Part shown: piece by piece, positions 58,375 to 64,000 of the stretch | Position numbering within the stretch: position 1 is the stretch's first letter | How the letters are laid out: every line of letters starts with the position of its first letter | Position numbers and translations under genes: made by a program | NCBI GenBank assembly: GCA_963664405.1 | Contig: OY761158.1 | Location: forward strand, 1,664,001 to 1,728,000 | Direction: 5' to 3' | Length of the DNA: 64,000 nt | Origin: Thermoanaerobaculia bacterium | GTDB lineage: Bacteria; Acidobacteriota; Thermoanaerobaculia; Multivoradales; Multivoraceae | The notes under the pieces: generated by a model | Told to the model about the DNA's origin: nothing | What the model saw: the letters and a program-made list of their open reading frames with translations, nothing else | The model's database searches: none

Positions 58375-60953
58375 TCAGGAACGCAGACGCAGAGTCACGC
58401 CGTAGGTGCGGGGCGCTTCCAGGAAGACCGCGCGGCTACCCACCCGTAGCGGCGTGTTGAACGTCACGTTCCGGGTCCGCTCGTCGGTGACGTTGTCGCC
58501 CCAAAGCTCGACCGTCCAGCTGTTCGAGTAGCTCCCGAAGCCGACCCTGAGGTGCAGCTTCGTGTTGGCCTCTTGGATGTCGAAGGCCAAGTTGGGCTGG
58601 GTGCTGGTCCGGCGTTCATCCTCGTAACGGGCGTGGGCGGAGGCGAAGTAGAAGAACTTCCGCTCAATCGTGTCGTTCCAGGCCAGGCTTCCGGTGACCA
58701 CGTTCTCGGGTGCGTTGGTCAGGGGCGCACCGCACAGCGTACTGACGGTGGGAGTCTCAATCCCCAGGTCGCAGTCGACGGGATAGTTGGAGTCGGAGTA
58801 GGTATAGCCGAGGGAAAAATCGAGTCCCGCGATCGGGCGTCCGGTGAGCTCGAGCTCGAAGCCACTGCTCTCGGCCTTCGGAACGTTGAACGTCACGAAC
58901 TGCACACCGGTGAACTCGAGCACCTGAAAATCCTCGATGTCGTAGTCGAACAGCGCCAAGTTCAACCGGTAGCGTCTATCGCCGAACTCGGACTTGAGAC
59001 CAAGCTCCCAGGAGTCGATCTTCTCGGAATCGAAGCGCGGATCGCCGCCGGCCGCCGCCGCCGTCGGGTCGAGGTTGAAGCCTCCCGACTTGAAGCCGTG
59101 GTCGAAGCTGAGATAGCCGGTCGTGCGCTGGTTGAAGGAGTAGACGGCCTTGCCGGTGTAGATCGTGTCGTCATCCTCGAAGGTGTCATCGAAAGTCGCG
59201 GGCAGGATCGAGATGCCTAGCGCCGGTGTGGCGAACGGGAAACAGGCGAAGCCGGCCGAGAAGCCGCCGATGGTTGCCGCTACCACCTCGAGCCCGGTGC
59301 CGGCCGCTCCGGCGGCCAGCGCCCCGGCGTTGAACAGGGAGTTCAGGCAAGCTTGGTTGTTGCCGCCGAGCTGTCGGAAGCTCCCGTCCTTGGTCTCGTC
59401 GACGTAGCGCAGCCCGGCGACGAGATCAAAGCTCGGGCTCACGTGGAAGGTGTTGTTGGTGAACAAGGACCAGGACCGCCCATCCTGCTCGAAGAGATTC
59501 TGGGCGAACGAGCCACTGGAGTCGACGCCGCCGGCGAAGGCGAGGGCCTGGTTGTCGGCAGCCAGGATGTCTCCGAACGTACCGCCGGTCGCCATCGGGA
59601 CGCGCCCGAGCAACGGTGCCGCCGGCAGCACTGGCCCGAAAGCGAAGTTCCAGAGCATGGCGTCCATGTTCTGGGTATAGGCCGTGCCGAGACCCAAGCC
59701 CCCCTGCTCGACGATCTCTTCGTCCGAGGCGTACGCACCCAGCATCCAACTGACCCGTTCCGTGTCGCCGGTGACGCGAAGCTCGTGTGTCATCGACTGG
59801 ATGTCGTCGAAGCTCTGGAAGCCACCCGCTGCCTCCGGACGAACGGAGAATACGTCGATGCCGACGAAATCGGTGTGCTGGACGGTCTCCGCCTTGAAGT
59901 CGCGCACGGCACCGATGTAGGTGAGAGCCACATTACCGCCGAAGACGTGGTTCAGCTCCGCTGAGATGCCCCCCTGGTCGTAGGGATTCTCGAACTGCTC
60001 AGCGTTGGAGATGCGGTTCTCGAGCGCCGAAAATCCGAGACGGGGGCACCGCCATCCGCCGGCAGCCCCGCTGCTGCGAAGGAACCGACAGCCACTCCCC
60101 CACTCTCCAGGATGATCGGCGCGTCACAACAATTCTCGTCGGCGTCGGCGTAGTCCCCAATGATCCGCAGCGATGTTGCCTCACCGATGTCCCAGAGCAG
60201 CTGCCCCCGGACGAGCACGCGGTCGCGATTGCGGCTCTCGGCGCCGGTCGTGCTCCTCAGGAACCCGTCCTGCGTCCGGTAGGCGGCAGACACCCGGTAG
60301 GCCACGTCCTCGGAAAGAGTCCCGGCGGCGCCACCCTGGACGTTGGCCCCTGAGAAGTTCGCGGCGGTCAGGTTGGCGAACGCGGCAAAGCCTTCGAAGC
60401 CTGGCGCCTTGGTGCGGACGTTCAGCGCCCCGGCAGTCACGTTGCGCCCGAACAAAGTCCCTTGCGGGCCGCGCAGCACCTCGATGGCCTCGATGTCGAG
60501 CTGATCCCCCAAGGCGATCCCCGGACGGCTCAGGTACACGCCGTCCATAAAAACGCCGACGGCGCTCTCGAGGCCGATGTTGTTGCCCGTCGTGCCGACG
60601 CCGCGGATGCGAAGCGTCGTGCCCTGCGACTCCGTCTGCGTCGAGTTCATGTTGAAGCTGGGGACCAGCAGCGGTAGATCACGCAGATCCTTGACGCCCG
60701 CCCGCTCGAGCTGCGTTTCATCCAACGCCGTGATCGCGATTGGAACTTTCTGAAGCGATTCCAAGCGCTTCGTCCCCGTCACGTGCACGGTTTCGAGAAA
60801 GACAGCTTTCGGCTCCTCACGCTCCTCCCGACCGTCGACCTCGTCCGCCTGTTCCGCCTGTTCCGCCTGCGCCAGGGCCGGCGCGGCCGGCAGTTGCAGC
60901 GCCAACAGCAACAGGGGCAAGACTCGGAGCCACCACTTCATCGATGCCTTCAT
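58375..60953 (-). pseudogene. TonB-dependent receptor split by a -1 frameshift near 60035
   Basis: Plug IEVLRGPQGTLFGRN in 59952-60953; barrel GFKSGGFN..PRTYGVTL in a different frame. Confidence 0.85.
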
Positions 60954-61221
60954 GACCTTCACCTCCACAAGTGTCCTTCTCTGGGTCCAACACGCGCCGT
61001 GGACGCTTGCTTCCCGGCGCCGCGAGCAAGCAGAGCGGGGCTCCACCGGACAAGCGATCCACCCAACTCTGATTCAGTCTGGAACTGTGTCTGGGGAGAT
61101 CGTACCAGAAACGACGTCACCACGGCCGGAGCTGGATGAGCGGCCGCGAGCGCACGCGCCTGACTCGTCCTATGGCAGTGGCCCGGAACTGCCGGGGCTT
61201 CCGGTTGGTTTGACGGTCGTG

Positions 61222-61563
61222 TTACGCCAAAGCGGACTCGAACAGGACCAGTAGTCGGCTCCATGCCCGCTCTGCCTGCGCCTCGTCGTAGACCTGGGAA
61301 TCAGGCGGACACCAGCCATGCATGGTGCCCTCGTAGACCTCGATTTCCGCCGGAATGTTCGCGGCGGCATACGCGTCACGCAGGGTGTTCTTTGCCTCGG
61401 GGGTACGCTCGTCGTCATTGCCCGCCACGCAGTGCAACATGTGGGCGGTTGTCTCCGGGATGAGCAGGTGCGGACTATCCGGGGCATCGGTAGCGAGTCC
61501 ACCGCCGTGAAACGTGGCGCCCGCGCCCAGGCGCTCCGGCACCGCAGCCACAGTGCGCATGAC
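61222..61563 (-). pseudogene. Dienelactone hydrolase C-terminal remnant
   Basis: GATFHGG, EIEVYEGTMHGWC, AERAWSRLL; nucleophile region missing. Confidence 0.8.
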
Positions 61564-61730
61564 CCCGGCAGCCTTCGGCTGGGATAGGTGCCACCCTCTT
61601 ATAGAGGGGAGCGCTTGGGGGCGACATGGTCGTCGTCAAATTCGACGTTTTCACTGGTAAGCTATTGACATAATTTGATTTAGATGGAGCCGAGATTCCT
61701 TCGCATATTCGCGTGGCACCCATGGCAGCC
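61564..61730. repeat. Dispersed repeat unit B with dif-like site at 61663-61690
   Basis: CCCGGCAGCCTTCGGCTG..AGGTGCCACCCTCTT..TATTGACATAA-TTTGAT-TTAGATGGAGC. Confidence 0.75.
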
Positions 61731-61803
61731 CAACGCCCAAGGCCTGCCGGGGTCCGCTGCTCGGCCTCTCCAGTGGATCACCCATGTCTCCGGGACTTTC
61801 ACA

Positions 61804-62321
61804 ATGAGCAACCAGGCCACTGCGGCCACGATCACCATCTCGGGCCACAGCGGAAGGATCTTCCTCGATGGTCACGAGGTGGGCGTGGTACGCAAGCCTG
61901 CCAACGCGTATTCGTGCGTTGACGAGGGTGTTCCACTCGCCCTCGAGGTCGAAGCGGGCGAGCATGAGATCTATCCCAAGTTCGCCACGGGTCGCTCAGT
62001 GCCTCTGAAGTTGCGCTTGGCCTCTGGGCAGAGACTCGACCTCCACATTGAATCGCCGGTGGGCTCAACGGGACTCGGTACCTCGCCAACGCCGATCATT
62101 CGTTGGCGCCGGTGCTCCCCCATCGCTCGCTGATGATTCTCATACTGTCGCTGCTGGGACTCCCCGGAATCGCGGCTTTCTCGATGGCGCGCGTGGATCT
62201 CGAACTGATGGAACGCGGCCAGATGGAAAAATCTGGACGAAGAGGGACCGTCGTGGGCACGTGGATCGGACTCTTCCATTGCTGTCTCTGGCTCGCGATG
62301 CTTGCCCTGAGGGCTACATAA
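61804..62321 (+). CDS. Hypothetical protein(s): beta-rich domain plus a DUF4190-like membrane segment in another frame (likely frameshifted)
   Basis: ORF 61804-62133 overlaps ORF 62103-62321 (PHRSLMILILSLLG..MARVDLELMERGQMEKSGR). Confidence 0.5.
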
Positions 62322-62325
62322 GGAA

Positions 62326-62415
62326 CCCGGCGGCCCGAGGCGCCAGCCGAATATTTCTGACGCCCGGCGGGGAGGGATTTGCGGCCAAGCGATCAGCCCG
62401 AACGGGTGATCGCGG
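62326..62415. repeat. Dispersed repeat unit A (truncated)
   Basis: GCCAGCCGAATATT..GGGGAGGGATTTGCGGCCAAGCGATCAGCCC..GGGTGATCGCG. Confidence 0.75.
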
Positions 62416-62505
62416 GATCGGGATGCTATGAAGCAGCGGCCAGACCTCGCGACCCGAGACATCTTCACCAATGCGATCGGGTAGGCTGAAGTCTGGAGGT
62501 CGACG

Positions 62506-63288
62506 ATGCCGAAGGTCCTGTTCGAGAAGGCCGGCGCGATTGCCCGGATCACCATCAACCGCCCCGAGCGGTTGAATGCCTGCGATTTCGAGACCTATCG
62601 GATGCTCGGGGAAGCCTGGCTCGAGGTCGATCGCGATCCCGAGATCCGGGTCGCGATTCTGACCGGCGCCGGCGAACGCGCCTTCTGCGCGGGCAGCGAC
62701 ATCAAGTCGGACTACGTCGACTCGGGCAGCGGCCGGCAAGCCGCCCACGAGGAGGAGGACAGCGACGAGCGACCGCCCGGACCCGGGGATGTGCGCAAGC
62801 CCGTGATCGCCGCCATCAACGGACACGCAAATGGTGGCGGACTCGAGCAGGCGCTGGCTTGCGACATCCGCGTAGCCGCCGAGCACTCCCAGTTCGGACT
62901 CGGAGAAGTTCGGCTCGGTTGGCTTCCGGGAGCCGGAGGGACTCAGCGGCTCCCGCGTCTGCTCCCGCTCGGTCGCGCGCTCGAAATGCTGTACACCGGA
63001 AATCGAATCGACGCGGCCGAGGCCTACCGGCTCGGCTTGGTCGACCACGTCGTCCCGATGGATGCACTGATCGCAAAGGCCGACCGCATTGCCGACGAGA
63101 TCTGCCGGAGCGCCCCGCTCGCCGTAGAGCGCATCAAGCAGGTCGCCCTAGAGGGCCTGGACCTGCCTCTCGAACAAGGACTCCAGCTCGAACGTGAGGG
63201 CTTCCGCGATCTGATGCAGACCGAGGACTCCATCGAAGGCGCCCTCGCATTCGCGGAGAAGCGGCCGCCGCGCTGGACCGGGAAGTAG
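62506..63288 (+). CDS. Enoyl-CoA hydratase/isomerase
   Basis: ITINRPERLNA, FCAGSD, AINGHANGGGLE, GAGGTQRL. Confidence 0.93.
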   Translation: MPKVLFEKAGAIARITINRPERLNACDFETYRMLGEAWLEVDRDPEIRVAILTGAGERAFCAGSDIKSDYVDSGSGRQAAHEEEDSDERPPGPGDVRKPVIAAINGHANGGGLEQALACDIRVAAEHSQFGLGEVRLGWLPGAGGTQRLPRLLPLGRALEMLYTGNRIDAAEAYRLGLVDHVVPMDALIAKADRIADEICRSAPLAVERIKQVALEGLDLPLEQGLQLEREGFRDLMQTEDSIEGALAFAEKRPPRWTGK

Positions 63289-63405
63289 GCCAAGCTCGAG
63301 CTGTAGCTTCACTTCGGCAGCTCAACTCCGACAGCTAACCGGTCCCAGGTCGTGTCACGGATACCGGCTTCGCGAATCTTCACTCAGTGAATGCGCGCGG
63401 GCCGG

Positions 63406-64000
63406 CTAGCGACCCGTGTAGAAGTCAGCCGGCGGACCCTCGACCCGGAACCGGAACACGACAGTGTTGTCCAGCTTCAGATCGTCGCCCCAGATCCACT
63501 TGGCGCCTTCGAAGTCGTGCTCGTAAAACGGCGCCTTGGGAGCCACTGCCTCCTCGCTGAACTCCTTCGCGCTCTTCCACTGACTGTCGTCGAAATCCAC
63601 GGCGAACCAATCGGCGGGAATGGGGGTGTGGACCACGCGGGGGTCCTCGACGTCCCCGCTGATCGGACCATGAAAGAAGCTCTTCGCCTTCCATCGGTCA
63701 CTGGTGAGGATCTTCTCCCCCATTTTGAGGATAAAGCCGCCGTCGCCGATGTTGCTGGTGTACTCGGTTCCTTTAGCGGGATCAGCGTTGTCCTTGGCCA
63801 TGACGGCTATCGTCATCGGGTACTCTGGGAGGACGTCGACAGACACCACATTGTGGGGAATGAACTCGATCGAGTCGACGGCGACGAGCTCGCCGTTGAT
63901 GTAGAGCACGAAGCTGTTGTCGGCGTAGATGTTGGCGCGCAGAGTGTCGTCGAGACTCGGTTTGCGTTTGCCGTCCGGCGTGGCGGCGCCTCTTCCGCGA
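63406..64000 (-). CDS. Hypothetical protein (5' part outside the window)
   Basis: Frame continues ANIYADNSFVLYINGE...DWFAVDFDDSQW...AKWIW. Confidence 0.7.
   Translation of the reverse strand, partial: RGRGAATPDGKRKPSLDDTLRANIYADNSFVLYINGELVAVDSIEFIPHNVVSVDVLPEYPMTIAVMAKDNADPAKGTEYTSNIGDGGFILKMGEKILTSDRWKAKSFFHGPISGDVEDPRVVHTPIPADWFAVDFDDSQWKSAKEFSEEAVAPKAPFYEHDFEGAKWIWGDDLKLDNTVVFRFRVEGPPADFYTGR

Noticed and set aside
1-64000. CRISPR array, rRNA or complete tRNA
   Set aside because: No regularly spaced direct repeats and no full cloverleaf or rRNA-like sequence seen; only tRNA-3'-like ends.

Overview
High-GC bacterial accessory region, most like an Acidobacteriota/Thermoanaerobaculia genome given the Oar-type TonB receptors and the DUF3604 and PQQ-protein expansions; the taxon is an inference. 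The cargo is mostly periplasmic or catabolic: 2 sulfatases, 3 TonB-dependent receptors (1 intact, 1 interrupted by an IS30/IS3 composite, 1 frameshifted), 3 intact DUF3604 proteins plus fragments, 5 PQQ dehydrogenase-like genes (1 truncated), 2 heme-c/Vgb-propeller proteins, tandem tannase/feruloyl esterases, and several other hydrolases and oxidoreductases. Seven intact toxin-antitoxin pairs and more than 20 short gene remnants are interleaved with this cargo. The most notable signals are: (1) a modular non-coding repeat family (hairpin, dif-like 11-6-11 site, tRNA-3'-like end) that sits exactly at gene-truncation breakpoints and brackets a cargo ORF; (2) tandem NrdR-like boxes spaced exactly 31 bp apart upstream of both paralogous TonB receptors; (3) a nested IS30/IS3 composite with a TAC target duplication; (4) two MITE-like elements sharing a core but not their TIRs; (5) capture of a TA promoter by a PQQ dehydrogenase gene. 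No rRNA, complete tRNA or CRISPR array was seen. All calls come from reading motifs by eye; no searches were run.
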